Origin: an uncultured Gemmatimonadota bacterium
Lineage (GTDB): Bacteria; GCA-2686955; CAYMWF01
Direction: 5' to 3'
Length of the DNA: 32,000 nt
Assembly: GCA_964394085.1 (NCBI GenBank)
Contig: CAYMWF010000024.1
Location: forward strand, 20,749 to 52,748
Shown here: positions 8,249 through 17,423 of the stretch, in pieces
Layout of the letters: each line of letters starts with the position of its first letter
Numbering within the stretch: the first letter of the stretch is position 1
Notes under the pieces: model-generated
Databases searched by the model: none
What the model was told of the DNA's origin: nothing
What the model saw: the letters and a program-made list of their open reading frames with translations, nothing else
Position numbers and translations under genes: made by a program

Positions 8249-9703
8249 TTAAAAATGGGGGCGGTCGGACAGATATAGGAAGGCCGTGCAGGATGGAGGT
8301 GTTTCGAGGTCCCCGCCTGTTATTACCTCAGGTTCGTCGATCCCGGGATCCCACGATCTGGTATGGACCAGGTCACTGGAGCATCCGAACTGCCAGAAAT
8401 TCCCGCGGAAATCGGCGGAGTGGTTGGTGCGCCCCTCGAAAACCCCCGCTCCGACGCGCACTTCGTACCCGCCGGAGCAGGCATTCCCGAATGTAGATTC
8501 CGTGATCACAAGATGGTTCCAGTCCACGGATTCAATAGCCTGGGGGCAGTATTTTGTGACAGCCGTATTTCCGATGAACGAACAGCAGGTCGCGGACACC
8601 GGGCGCGAATCGTTTTCCTCCTTGTGCATGAGAAGCATCGCACCGCCTGTCGACGCGATATTACCGGTGAATGAACATCCCTCGAAATCGATGTGGCCGT
8701 TCGTATGAATGCAAACCGCGCCGCCCCCCAGGTATGAATCGATATTCACCGCATTTCCTTCGAATTCGCAGTCCTCAATCAATGCGACGGATTCATGGGC
8801 GATAAAGAGTGCCCCTCCCAGCTTCCGGGCGCTGTTGAAGCTGAAGCACGAGCTCTCGAGAACAAGGTCCGTTCCGTACGAAGTATGAATCGCACCTCCC
8901 CTCTCCGCTTCGTTCTCTTCGAATGTGCAGGCGATAAATCTTGCAGACGAGCCGAGGAGGCGCGCAGCTCCCCCTCCTCTTTCTCCGGCGGCGTTATCGA
9001 TGAAGCGGCACCCGTTGAAGTATACAGGAATTTCATAACTTTCAGCCACGGCTGCGGCTCCGCCCACGTGAAATGATCTGTTCTGACTGAACTCGCATCG
9101 AACCACGCAGACCGGTTTACGCGGGCGATAGAAGTAAACCGCGCCGCCCATGATCCGTTCATTGGGCAGCTGACCGGGATCGACGACTATCTCTTCACCT
9201 TTATCATAGCGGGCTTCATTCAGAACGAACCGGACGTCACGAAGATATGGAGAAGCCATCTCTGTTGAAATCGCTGAGTCTCCCGCGTGACGAATTTCGC
9301 AGCAGGAAATCAGTGAACCTGACAGGTAACGTCCATATTGATCAATGCTTGCGTCGCTTGCGGATTTGGCGAACCTGATGCCCCCCCAGTCTCCCACCTC
9401 CCCGTCGCGTCCCTCTATAATCACGGTGGAATCGGTATCCCCCGCAACTATCAACGTGCCTCTGACATCCAGGCGGCAACCCGGCTCTTCTCCCCGCAAC
9501 CCGGGATCGACGCGACCGAACAAAACCACGGTACCGGGTTTGATCGTCAGTGACGCATCCCGCTCGATGATCACATCTTCCGTGAAAATATATGGAGAAT
9601 CCGCCGTGCTCCAATATTCATCAGATGAAATTCGATATGCGCCTGAAACGGCCGTCGGCACGGTCAGGACCGCAAAGAATGCTGCGATTATTGCACGACC
9701 CAT
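8249..9703 (-). CDS. secreted parallel beta-helix protein with Pmp-type (GGA[ILV]/FxxN) repeats
   Basis: Signal peptide MGRAIIAAFFAVLTVPTAVSGA. Seven alternating motif pairs are present. FxxN motifs: CEFSQN, CRFIDN, CTFEEN, SCFSFN, CEFEGN, CSFTGN, CSFIGN. GGA motifs: GGAVYF, GGAAAV, GGGAARL, GGAIHT, GGALFI, GGGAVCI, GGAMLL. No C-terminal beta-barrel-sized region. Confidence 0.8.
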   Translation of the reverse strand: MGRAIIAAFFAVLTVPTAVSGAYRISSDEYWSTADSPYIFTEDVIIERDASLTIKPGTVVLFGRVDPGLRGEEPGCRLDVRGTLIVAGDTDSTVIIEGRDGEVGDWGGIRFAKSASDASIDQYGRYLSGSLISCCEIRHAGDSAISTEMASPYLRDVRFVLNEARYDKGEEIVVDPGQLPNERIMGGAVYFYRPRKPVCVVRCEFSQNRSFHVGGAAAVAESYEIPVYFNGCRFIDNAAGERGGGAARLLGSSARFIACTFEENEAERGGAIHTSYGTDLVLESSCFSFNSARKLGGALFIAHESVALIEDCEFEGNAVNIDSYLGGGAVCIHTNGHIDFEGCSFTGNIASTGGAMLLMHKEENDSRPVSATCCSFIGNTAVTKYCPQAIESVDWNHLVITESTFGNACSGGYEVRVGAGVFEGRTNHSADFRGNFWQFGCSSDLVHTRSWDPGIDEPEVITGGDLETPPSCTAFLYLSDRPHF

Positions 9704-9953
9704 CTGAATCCTCCCATCTTATCCGGATGTTCTTTCCGCCGGCTGCGTCATCAACCCGCCTTCATCCCGGATAGTAGGAAGAACCGGAGATATCTGGGGA
9801 AAGGTAAATTATTGAAGCATTTTGAATGTTGGTGGAAGAAGTTTATAATAAAGGGACAAAGCTGGCGGGTCGGGAAGAATGTGCCCCCCGGGGCATCGCA
9901 CCCCATTATCGGAGGATTATTCTATAATCGCCGGAATCCATGGATAAAAAAAT

Positions 9954-12524
9954 ATGAAAATCGACAGTAAAAAACGGAAACGCCAATCGAAACAAACCGG
10001 TCTTCTGGAAGAAGACGCGAGACAAAAAGCGCTGAAATCTCGATACAGGCGTGTTGTGAAAGAACTGGAAAGCTTTGAAGAAGGTTTCAACACCTTGTTC
10101 GAAGCCTCGAGCGAGATCTATTTTCTTTATGATCTGAAGGGCAACATCATAAACGGCAACACGGTCGCCATGGAGACCGTAGGTTATGACAAAGAGGAGC
10201 TCATCGGTAAAAATCTTTTTAAAATCGGGCTTCTTGCACCTTCACAACTACCCAAAGCGAGAGCAAACATGGCCCGGAATGTTCGCGGCCAGCCGACGGG
10301 ACCTGAAATTTTCGAGCTGAAAAAGAAGGACGGCGGGAAGCTTCTGCTGGAAATTCATTCGATTCCGCTCAAATTGAGAGGTGAATCGTTCGTCCTGGGA
10401 ATCGGCACGGACGTAACCGCACAAAAGCTGTCGGAAGAAAAGCTGAGGGAATCGGAAGAAAAGCTCAGAATCATTATCGACAATGTAAGTGACGTGATCT
10501 TCCAGCTTTCTCCTGCGGGATATATCCAGTTTTTAAGCCCGAATGTAGAAGATTTGTATGGATACAAAGTAGAAGAGCTCGAGGGACGGCACCTCACCAA
10601 AACTACTCCGGCGGCTGAAATTCCCAAATCGCTCAAAGCGTTGGCTTCAGTCATTTCGGGGAAGAAGATTAAAAATCTCGAAATAAACCAGGTGGATGCC
10701 TACGGGAAGATAATTCCGATGGAGATCAATGCCGCTCCCGTCAGGCGGGACGGCAAAGTTATCGCGGCCCAGGGTGTTATGAGGAATATCACCGAGAGGA
10801 AAGCTGCGGAGGAGCGGGAGGTGAAATATGCCGCCAACCTGGTTCAGTTATCCGAAACAGCCATTCAACTCGTCCAGCTTTCTCCGGATAAGGATGTTTT
10901 TCGTCAAATTGCATTACAGTTGAGACGGTTTGAAGATATTCTGGTCACAATCATCAATGAATATGACGACCAGACCGACACCCTGGTATGCCGTGCATTC
11001 TGCGGACCGGACGAAAAGGTCGGAAAGGTGTCTCAACTTCTGGGAATGGATCCGGTCGGTTCGTCATATCCGATACCTGATGAAGATACGAGAAATAAAT
11101 TGCTGAGCGGCGCTCTGAAAAAGATCCCCGGCGGGATCTACGAAATCGCTTTCGGTGAAATACCGAGGCATACATGTGAGAAGGTTGAAAAGCATCTGGA
11201 TATAGGTGACGTATACGGGATGGGCCTTGTAGACAAGAGCAGGCTTTTCGGAAGCGCCATCGTTTTTCTGAAGAAAGATGCAGCAATCGACACGCGTATC
11301 ATCGCAACGTTCGGTAACCAGGCATCGGTCGTCCTACAGAAAAGCAAGGTGGAAAAGGGCAGGTCTATTCTCGAAGAGCAACTGCGTCAGTCCCAGAAGA
11401 TGGAAGCCATAGGGCAGCTTGCAGGAGGAGTCGCCCACGATTTCAATAACCTTCTGTCAACGATCCTGGGTTATACCGAACTTGCCATGATGAGCACGGA
11501 TGAATCGGAGATAGCCTACCGGAACATGGACAAGGTTCTGAAGTCGACTATGCGCGCCGCTGCGTTGACCCGGCAGCTTCTATTGTTCAGTCGCAGGCAG
11601 CCCATGGAGTTCAGCTCCGTCGACATCAGCAGGACGGTTGAGAATCTCCGTGAAATGCTCAGCCGTCTTCTGGGAGAAGACATTGTCATAAAAACAGAGA
11701 GAGAAGCCAGCTCCTGGATAATTCAGGCCGACGAGGGCAATATAGAACAGATTCTCGTAAATCTTGCCGTTAATGCAAGGGACGCCATGAAAGATGGCGG
11801 AACGCTGACGATTACAACCGAAAACAAGACCCTTGATGAAAAAATGTGCTTATACATACCTGAAGCGCGTCCCGGCCGGTACGTGTGTCTGACGGTCGAG
11901 GATACGGGCCACGGCATGGATGAAAATGTCCGCCAACGGATTTTCGAGCCGTTCTTCAGCACAAAGGGGGTGGGGAAGGGGACCGGGCTCGGTCTTTCTG
12001 TCGCTTACGGTATAGTAAAGGAGCATGACGGCTGGATAAATGTATTCAGTAGACAGAAACAGGGGACTACATTCAGGATTTATCTTCCGGCAGCGCCGGG
12101 AAAAGCGCAAATCACGGCTGAAGAACCGGTTTCTCTCGACGGGCTTCACGGCAACGGCGAACGTATCCTTCTGGTCGAAGATGAGGATACCGTCAGGGAA
12201 TTAGCCGCCGAGATCCTGAGCGAACAAGGATATGAAGTCGTTTGCGCGGCTACGGCCGAGGAAGCGCTGGAATTCTATGATAATCATGAGAGCGGCTTCG
12301 ACCTTATCTTCACCGATGTCGTGCTGCCGGGACGATCCGCGCTTTCACTGATCGAGGAACTCCTGAAACGGGATCCGGATATCAGGGCCCTGTTCAGCAG
12401 CGGTTATACCGACGACAAATCCCGATGGCCGTCGATACGCGAGCGCGGGCACCATTTCATTCAGAAGCCGTACTCGATGTCGGATTTGCTCGAGACGGTG
12501 AAACTGAGTCTTCAGAAAGCATAA
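9954..12524 (+). CDS. hybrid sensor histidine kinase (PAS-PAS-GAF-like-HisKA-HATPase-receiver)
   Basis: H-box [18 protein letters not shown]-box LVNLAVNARDAM, G1 VEDTGHGMD, F FEPFFSTK, G2 GTGLGLS. C-terminal receiver: ILLVEDEDTV ... DLIFTDVVLPG ... KPY. N-terminal PAS-like segments each end in TERK or TAQK. Confidence 0.9.
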   Translation: MKIDSKKRKRQSKQTGLLEEDARQKALKSRYRRVVKELESFEEGFNTLFEASSEIYFLYDLKGNIINGNTVAMETVGYDKEELIGKNLFKIGLLAPSQLPKARANMARNVRGQPTGPEIFELKKKDGGKLLLEIHSIPLKLRGESFVLGIGTDVTAQKLSEEKLRESEEKLRIIIDNVSDVIFQLSPAGYIQFLSPNVEDLYGYKVEELEGRHLTKTTPAAEIPKSLKALASVISGKKIKNLEINQVDAYGKIIPMEINAAPVRRDGKVIAAQGVMRNITERKAAEEREVKYAANLVQLSETAIQLVQLSPDKDVFRQIALQLRRFEDILVTIINEYDDQTDTLVCRAFCGPDEKVGKVSQLLGMDPVGSSYPIPDEDTRNKLLSGALKKIPGGIYEIAFGEIPRHTCEKVEKHLDIGDVYGMGLVDKSRLFGSAIVFLKKDAAIDTRIIATFGNQASVVLQKSKVEKGRSILEEQLRQSQKMEAIGQLAGGVAHDFNNLLSTILGYTELAMMSTDESEIAYRNMDKVLKSTMRAAALTRQLLLFSRRQPMEFSSVDISRTVENLREMLSRLLGEDIVIKTEREASSWIIQADEGNIEQILVNLAVNARDAMKDGGTLTITTENKTLDEKMCLYIPEARPGRYVCLTVEDTGHGMDENVRQRIFEPFFSTKGVGKGTGLGLSVAYGIVKEHDGWINVFSRQKQGTTFRIYLPAAPGKAQITAEEPVSLDGLHGNGERILLVEDEDTVRELAAEILSEQGYEVVCAATAEEALEFYDNHESGFDLIFTDVVLPGRSALSLIEELLKRDPDIRALFSSGYTDDKSRWPSIRERGHHFIQKPYSMSDLLETVKLSLQKA

Positions 12525-12538
12525 AGACGGCACGACAC

Positions 12539-12567
12539 TTGTAATTTTCAATTCAGAATATTATACA
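12539..12567 (+). promoter_or_regulatory. candidate sigma70-like promoter for the 12620-17423 unit
   Basis: TTGTAA (12539-12544), a 17-nt spacer, then TATACA (12562-12567). It sits about 50 nt upstream of the GGAGGAGG RBS (12607-12614) and the ATG at 12620. The promoter consensus of this organism is unknown. Confidence 0.25.
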
Positions 12568-12619
12568 ACATAATCTAGTTACTGTATCAGGTCTGGATAC
12601 TTCTCTGGAGGAGGATTTT

Positions 12620-13222
12620 ATGTTCGGACGAATATTCAACAATATGAACGCAGGTTTGGTGATTATTATTTTCCTGGTTTTCGCACCCTCATATGCAGAC
12701 GATGTTACCGACTCGATCGACGAAGGAATAAAATACTATAAAGCGGGCGAGTTTTCGGATGCGGTTTTGAGTCTGAACTACGCTGTGCAGCTCATCCAGC
12801 AGAAGAAGGGCGCGAGTATGGAAAGTCTGCTTCCGGAACCTCTGAAGGGATGGAAGGCCGAGGAGGCGACCACCGAGACGGCTGCGGCGTCTATGATGGG
12901 GGGGATGGTCACCGCCGAGCGCCGGTATACGAAGGGTTCCAGTTCCGTTTCGATTCAGATCATCACCGATTCCCCCGTTCTTCAAGGGTTGCTGATGATG
13001 TTCGCCAATCCCATGTTCGCTTCATCCGACGGCGGTAAACTTGAAAGAATCAAAAAGCAGAAAGCCATAGTCAAGTATGATGAAGCGAGTAAAGAAGGTG
13101 AAATTCAAATCGTAGTAGCCAATCGATTCTTTGTTCAAATCGACGGAAACGGCGCAACAAAGGACGATCTGATTAAATTCGCGGAAGCGATCGATTACAA
13201 AAAGATCGAATCACAACCGTAG
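12620..13222 (+). CDS. secreted hypothetical protein (200 aa)
   Basis: Strong RBS GGAGGAGG 5 nt upstream. Signal peptide NAGLVIIIFLVFAPSYADD. The rest looks soluble. No family recognised. Confidence 0.7.
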   Translation: MFGRIFNNMNAGLVIIIFLVFAPSYADDVTDSIDEGIKYYKAGEFSDAVLSLNYAVQLIQQKKGASMESLLPEPLKGWKAEEATTETAAASMMGGMVTAERRYTKGSSSVSIQIITDSPVLQGLLMMFANPMFASSDGGKLERIKKQKAIVKYDEASKEGEIQIVVANRFFVQIDGNGATKDDLIKFAEAIDYKKIESQP

Positions 13223-13325
13223 TTGTTGCGGAGTTTTCCGGCAGTTTCTGGCGGTTTCATCCTTTCCGGGTTCCGGTTCATGCCCGGATCGGCCGGATCG
13301 TTCATGGAAAAGAACGGGGAATTCG

Positions 13326-15203
13326 TTGAGTCGCGGAATATCCCAGGACAAGACAATAATTGCGTGGGAGCGAATCGTTTCCATAATCGAAAGAGCCCTT
13401 GCCGCAGGGGATGAAGCAGCGGATGGTGAAGATGATACCATCCGCGTTCCGCTCGGACGATTCCTTCTCTCCCAGATGTTCCACCGGGTTAAACCCGCCC
13501 TGTCCAAGGGCTGGCTGGAGCGGGATCCGGTGCACCTGGTGATGTTCGGAGCCACCAACAGCGGCAAATCGACCGTATTGAACCTGCTCCTCGGAAAGAT
13601 CTCCGCCCCGACGGATTCGAAGGCCAGATCCACCCAGCATTCCACGGCCTTTCGCAGCTCCTCCATGGGAAATCGCTTCGTCGATGATTTTCCGACGCGC
13701 TTCCCGAATTACCATCGTTATCTCAACGAGTATCCCGAAAAACAGTCCGACGGGGAGTTGAGGACCGGCGGATACAGACCTTGTTTCGTCATCTATGATC
13801 CTGATGAATCTCCGGGCCGATCCCTGGCGGCTCCGGTAGCGGAATCGGCGGTATTCTGGGACACCCCCGACTTCTCTACCGAAGAGGCCCAGATATACAT
13901 GTCTGCGGTGCTCGATACAGCGGCGATGGGCGACATCGTTATTTTGACGGTCACCAGAGAGAACTACGCCGATCACAGGGGCCTCCTGCTGCTCGACATG
14001 ATCCGTAAGACCGGCGTGCCGGTTCTGGTAATTGCAAACAAGCTTGAGGATGACACCAGCCTTCTCGACGATATAAAGGGCAAGCTGTATTCCGGAAAAC
14101 CGGAAAAATCCGGGAGGCGAAAAAAGGAATTTGAAATTTATCCGCTGCCGTACGTAAGGGGTTCGGACGACGATGAGCGGACACGTCTTCTTTCCGAGCA
14201 TGCGGGTGCTTCCGTTCTGAGGGAAGCTTCCGCCGAATATATTGCATCCGGTCCCAGGCTGAAGAAGCGGGTGCTGAAAGGATGTTCGGAGTTCATCGAA
14301 CAGTCTCTGGATGACGTGCTCAAGCCCCTGAGGACGGAGATCGATCTCGAAGAATCCTGGGCTGCGGCCGTTGATAAGATTACCGAAGCGGAATTCTATT
14401 CACGGTACTGGAGCGATTACCTGGGAAGAGAAGACTACGAGCAGTACGGCGATTTCAACCTGGCGGTCATCAAGTGGCTGGATCTGCTCGAGATTCCGGG
14501 TATCGGCAGGTTCGTATCGAGGGCGGCGGGCGTGGCTCGCTTGCCTTTCAGGTGGGTGAAAAAAGGGATCAGGAAAATCCTGACCGATGATGACCAGCCT
14601 GTCAAAACGAAAGAGGAGGAAGTGGTTTATGACTCTTACCAGCGATGGATACGGGCCCTGATCGCCGAAGCCCAGCGAAGGGGAGAAAGGTTCGATAATA
14701 CAGCCCAGGTAAAACTCGAACAGAAACTCGGCAGCGACATATTCAGAAGTGAGCTCGAGGAAAATTTCAGCCGGGCATATGTCAGTCACCGCAAAACCAT
14801 GAAAGTGCTCATCGAACAGGTTGCATACAGCCTGGCGGAATATGTCGAAAAACGTCCTTCGGTAAGAAAAGCGCTTCAAGGCTCCAAATTCCTGCTCGAT
14901 TCCGTCGCAACGATCGGCGTGGTGGCGACGGGCGGTCTCGACTGGACCGACCTGGTCGTTGCTCCGATGGTTGCCCCGGTGGTCCGCCTGGTCCTGGAAT
15001 TGGCCGGCCAGGGCTTCATGGAAATCCAGAAGCGGGCTTTGAAGGAGAATCAGTTCCGGTCGATGCGAAAAGCTTTCAATGATTACATGGTGGAACCCGT
15101 CAAGACAGGGCTGGAGGTCTCGGTCACTCGCGATGAATTCGAATCGGTAACCGGAGATTTCGCCGTTCTGAAAAAAGCCCTTGCTGAAATCAGCCGGGCC
15201 TGA
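13326..15203 (+). CDS. large dynamin-like P-loop GTPase, paralog A
   Basis: G1 GATNSGKS (13548-13571). G3-position WDTPDF (DTPD at 13860-13871). G4-like ANKLED. About 350 aa of helical sequence follow, with a late hydrophobic segment VATIGVVATGGLDWTDLVVAPMVAPVV. The start is uncertain: TTG at 13326 with GGGGA upstream, and the first in-frame ATG at 13476. Confidence 0.75.
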   Translation: MSRGISQDKTIIAWERIVSIIERALAAGDEAADGEDDTIRVPLGRFLLSQMFHRVKPALSKGWLERDPVHLVMFGATNSGKSTVLNLLLGKISAPTDSKARSTQHSTAFRSSSMGNRFVDDFPTRFPNYHRYLNEYPEKQSDGELRTGGYRPCFVIYDPDESPGRSLAAPVAESAVFWDTPDFSTEEAQIYMSAVLDTAAMGDIVILTVTRENYADHRGLLLLDMIRKTGVPVLVIANKLEDDTSLLDDIKGKLYSGKPEKSGRRKKEFEIYPLPYVRGSDDDERTRLLSEHAGASVLREASAEYIASGPRLKKRVLKGCSEFIEQSLDDVLKPLRTEIDLEESWAAAVDKITEAEFYSRYWSDYLGREDYEQYGDFNLAVIKWLDLLEIPGIGRFVSRAAGVARLPFRWVKKGIRKILTDDDQPVKTKEEEVVYDSYQRWIRALIAEAQRRGERFDNTAQVKLEQKLGSDIFRSELEENFSRAYVSHRKTMKVLIEQVAYSLAEYVEKRPSVRKALQGSKFLLDSVATIGVVATGGLDWTDLVVAPMVAPVVRLVLELAGQGFMEIQKRALKENQFRSMRKAFNDYMVEPVKTGLEVSVTRDEFESVTGDFAVLKKALAEISRA

Positions 15204-15219
15204 ACCGGAGTAGGCTCAA

Positions 15220-17067
15220 ATGCGGAACAGTCAGGACAGCCGGATTGAAAACGCTCTCCGAACGCTGGAAACCGGAATCGTCGATCCCAGGGCGCTCAAT
15301 ATTCAACCCGCACAGGAGATGCGGCTTCGACGGGCGATCGAGAGGGTCGGAGCGCAGCTTGCCGGAGCGGGAGAACCGGTGCTTACCGTGGCGCTTGCGG
15401 GATGTACGGGTTCAGGCAAGAGCACATTGATCAATGCCCTTGCCGGCGCCCCCATCGCCGGTGTTTCCGAGCACAGGCCATGCACGACGGGGATCAATGT
15501 CTATCATCACGAAGCCGTTCCCGGGGAAGAGCTCTTCAAAGAGCTGGCGGAAACCGCAGAATTCGTTCCGCATGCCAGGCCCGAGCTCAGGTTCAAAGTT
15601 ATCGTCGATACTCCCGATCTGGATTCCTTTGCGACCGGCAACCGGAAGATTACCCGCGCCCTTCTCAAGACGGCGGGTCTCGTAATCTACATTTTCAGTC
15701 CTGAACGGTACCTTGAAGAACGCGCCTGGTCGGTCATCCGCGAGGAAAAACGTTTCAGCCGCTCACTGGCTGTCCTGAACAAGTCGGATACGGTCTCTCC
15801 TGATGTTCTCGAGAAGATTTCGGGTGATATCCGCGACAGGTTTTTTGAAATGGGACTGCCGGATGTCAGGCTCCTCCGGCTCAGCGCCGCTTCCAATACG
15901 CCGGGGATGATCGACGCTCCGGCGGCCGGGTCGACAAAAGAGCCAATCGACGAATTCGCTTCCCTCAGGGCGTTTCTCGAGTTCGAACTGAGATCGGGAG
16001 AGGTTTTCCAGATGCTTCGGCGGCAGCGGATCAACGTTGTCGAGGTCCTCCGCGAAAAAGTGGCGGAGGTCGTCAGACCCGGTGAAATCAGAACCGCGAT
16101 CGAGCGGTTGAGCGCCGCCGTTGAAGATCACGGGGAAAAAGCCGCTGATGAACTTGCAGGGATATTGAAAAACCGAATATCGGCGATCACTTCACAGCTC
16201 GAACCTTTAATCATTATTCGCAAACACCAGCGGTTCTGGGGGCCGTTCCGTGTTTGGCTCGCTGTTTCGGATTTTCTGTCCTACCGGTTGCCTCAACTGG
16301 TGAGAGGCATCAGGTTCGCGGGAACGCGTGGAGAAGGTTCGATAGTCGAGAAAGCGCTCAGGCTCGATTATTCAGACCGGGTTGATGATCTGTTATCCGC
16401 CGGCGCTCTCGAATTGCAGAATGTCTGCTACGAAGAGAATCTACCCCTGGAACGCTGGCGGACGATTACCGAAAAGGACAGCGGGAGCGCTTTACTGCTG
16501 ACGATTGCAAACGATGTCGAAGCGAAATTCGAAGGAATATCGGAAGACGCGTCGACGGGCGGCGCAGTGGCTGCATGGCTGATCAGTCTGATCGCATTCC
16601 TTTTTCCCGTGGGGCTCGCGGTGTTCGGCACTTATATCCTTGTCGGCGATATTCTGAATGCAAGATTTTCAGGTTTCGGCGTTCTCCAGACATTTATTGT
16701 TCTAACGCTTCTCGGGTATCTCCATCTTCATGTTCTCACCGCGCTTTTTTTCCGCTCCGGCAGGCCGGCTTCATCCAGGCGGATCGGTGAATCAGTCTTG
16801 AGAAAAACGGTCAAGGATATTTTTAAACGATGGCTTGCCTCTTACCGGGCCGACATCGATGCGGATATCAGGAGATTCGAAGAGCCCCTGAAGGTCCTGG
16901 CCGAGCAGGCCGCCGAAATTCCGGCGGTCGGCGATCCCGCACGGAGCGAAACCTCTCATTCCGATCTTTCCGAACCGGTTGAAAAAGCGGCAACCGGGCA
17001 ATCCGGCGAGGTGATTCCGCCGGCGGAAAGCCTGAAGCGGACCGTCGAGCAGATGGAGTCTGAATGA
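15220..17067 (+). CDS. large dynamin-like P-loop GTPase with C-terminal transmembrane hairpins, paralog B
   Basis: GGAG RBS in the 16-nt gap after paralog A. G1 GCTGSGKS (15400-15423). G2-like PCTTG. G3-position VDTPDL (DTPD at 15607-15618). G4 LNKSD. TM segments AVAAWLISLIAFLFPVGLAVFGTYILVG and VLQTFIVLTLLGYLHLHVLTALFF at aa ~447-520, followed by a helical tail. Confidence 0.8.
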   Translation: MRNSQDSRIENALRTLETGIVDPRALNIQPAQEMRLRRAIERVGAQLAGAGEPVLTVALAGCTGSGKSTLINALAGAPIAGVSEHRPCTTGINVYHHEAVPGEELFKELAETAEFVPHARPELRFKVIVDTPDLDSFATGNRKITRALLKTAGLVIYIFSPERYLEERAWSVIREEKRFSRSLAVLNKSDTVSPDVLEKISGDIRDRFFEMGLPDVRLLRLSAASNTPGMIDAPAAGSTKEPIDEFASLRAFLEFELRSGEVFQMLRRQRINVVEVLREKVAEVVRPGEIRTAIERLSAAVEDHGEKAADELAGILKNRISAITSQLEPLIIIRKHQRFWGPFRVWLAVSDFLSYRLPQLVRGIRFAGTRGEGSIVEKALRLDYSDRVDDLLSAGALELQNVCYEENLPLERWRTITEKDSGSALLLTIANDVEAKFEGISEDASTGGAVAAWLISLIAFLFPVGLAVFGTYILVGDILNARFSGFGVLQTFIVLTLLGYLHLHVLTALFFRSGRPASSRRIGESVLRKTVKDIFKRWLASYRADIDADIRRFEEPLKVLAEQAAEIPAVGDPARSETSHSDLSEPVEKAATGQSGEVIPPAESLKRTVEQMESE

Positions 17068-17423
17068 GCCGTTCTGAATCGAAATTCGAACATCGCCGGT
17101 TGCGGCGCGAGAGAAAGACCGTGGCCGCCATGCAGCGGATCTATTGCCGGGCCAACCACGGGACGGCAAGAGGATTATGCGCCGAATGCGATGAATTGAA
17201 GGCGTACTCCGAAGCCCGTCTTGCGGCGTGCCCGTACGGATGGGAAAAACCTCCCTGCTCGGAATGCACGATCCACTGCTACAAACCGGAGAGAAGGGAA
17301 CAGATCCGTGCGGTTATGCGATACGCAGGCCCTCGAATGTTTTTCCGGCATCCGATCCTGGCTGTCCATCACCTGCTGAATAAACGGAAGACAAATCGCG
17401 TGTCGGATACAGCAAAGGTGTAA
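17064..17423 (+). CDS. ygbA: nitrous-oxide-stimulated-promoter (YgbA-like) family Cys-rich protein
   Basis: Its ATG (17064-17066) overlaps the TGA of the preceding gene (17065-17067). The sequence YCRANH...LCAECDELKAYSEARLAACPYGWEKPPCSECTIHCYKPERREQIRAVMRYAGPRMFFRHP matches the YgbA family signature as I remember it. Confidence 0.8.
   Translation: MSRSESKFEHRRLRRERKTVAAMQRIYCRANHGTARGLCAECDELKAYSEARLAACPYGWEKPPCSECTIHCYKPERREQIRAVMRYAGPRMFFRHPILAVHHLLNKRKTNRVSDTAKV

Noticed and set aside
9882-9895. GC-rich near-palindrome TGCCCCCCGGGGCA in the divergent region upstream of the sensor kinase
   Set aside because: It is imperfect as a DNA palindrome (C6G4), has only a 6-bp stem with a 2-nt loop as RNA, and has no supporting context.
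13302-14201. Minus-strand 299-aa ORF
   Set aside because: It is antisense to GTPase A, whose P-loop and other G-motifs identify the true frame. Its translation is Arg-rich and featureless.
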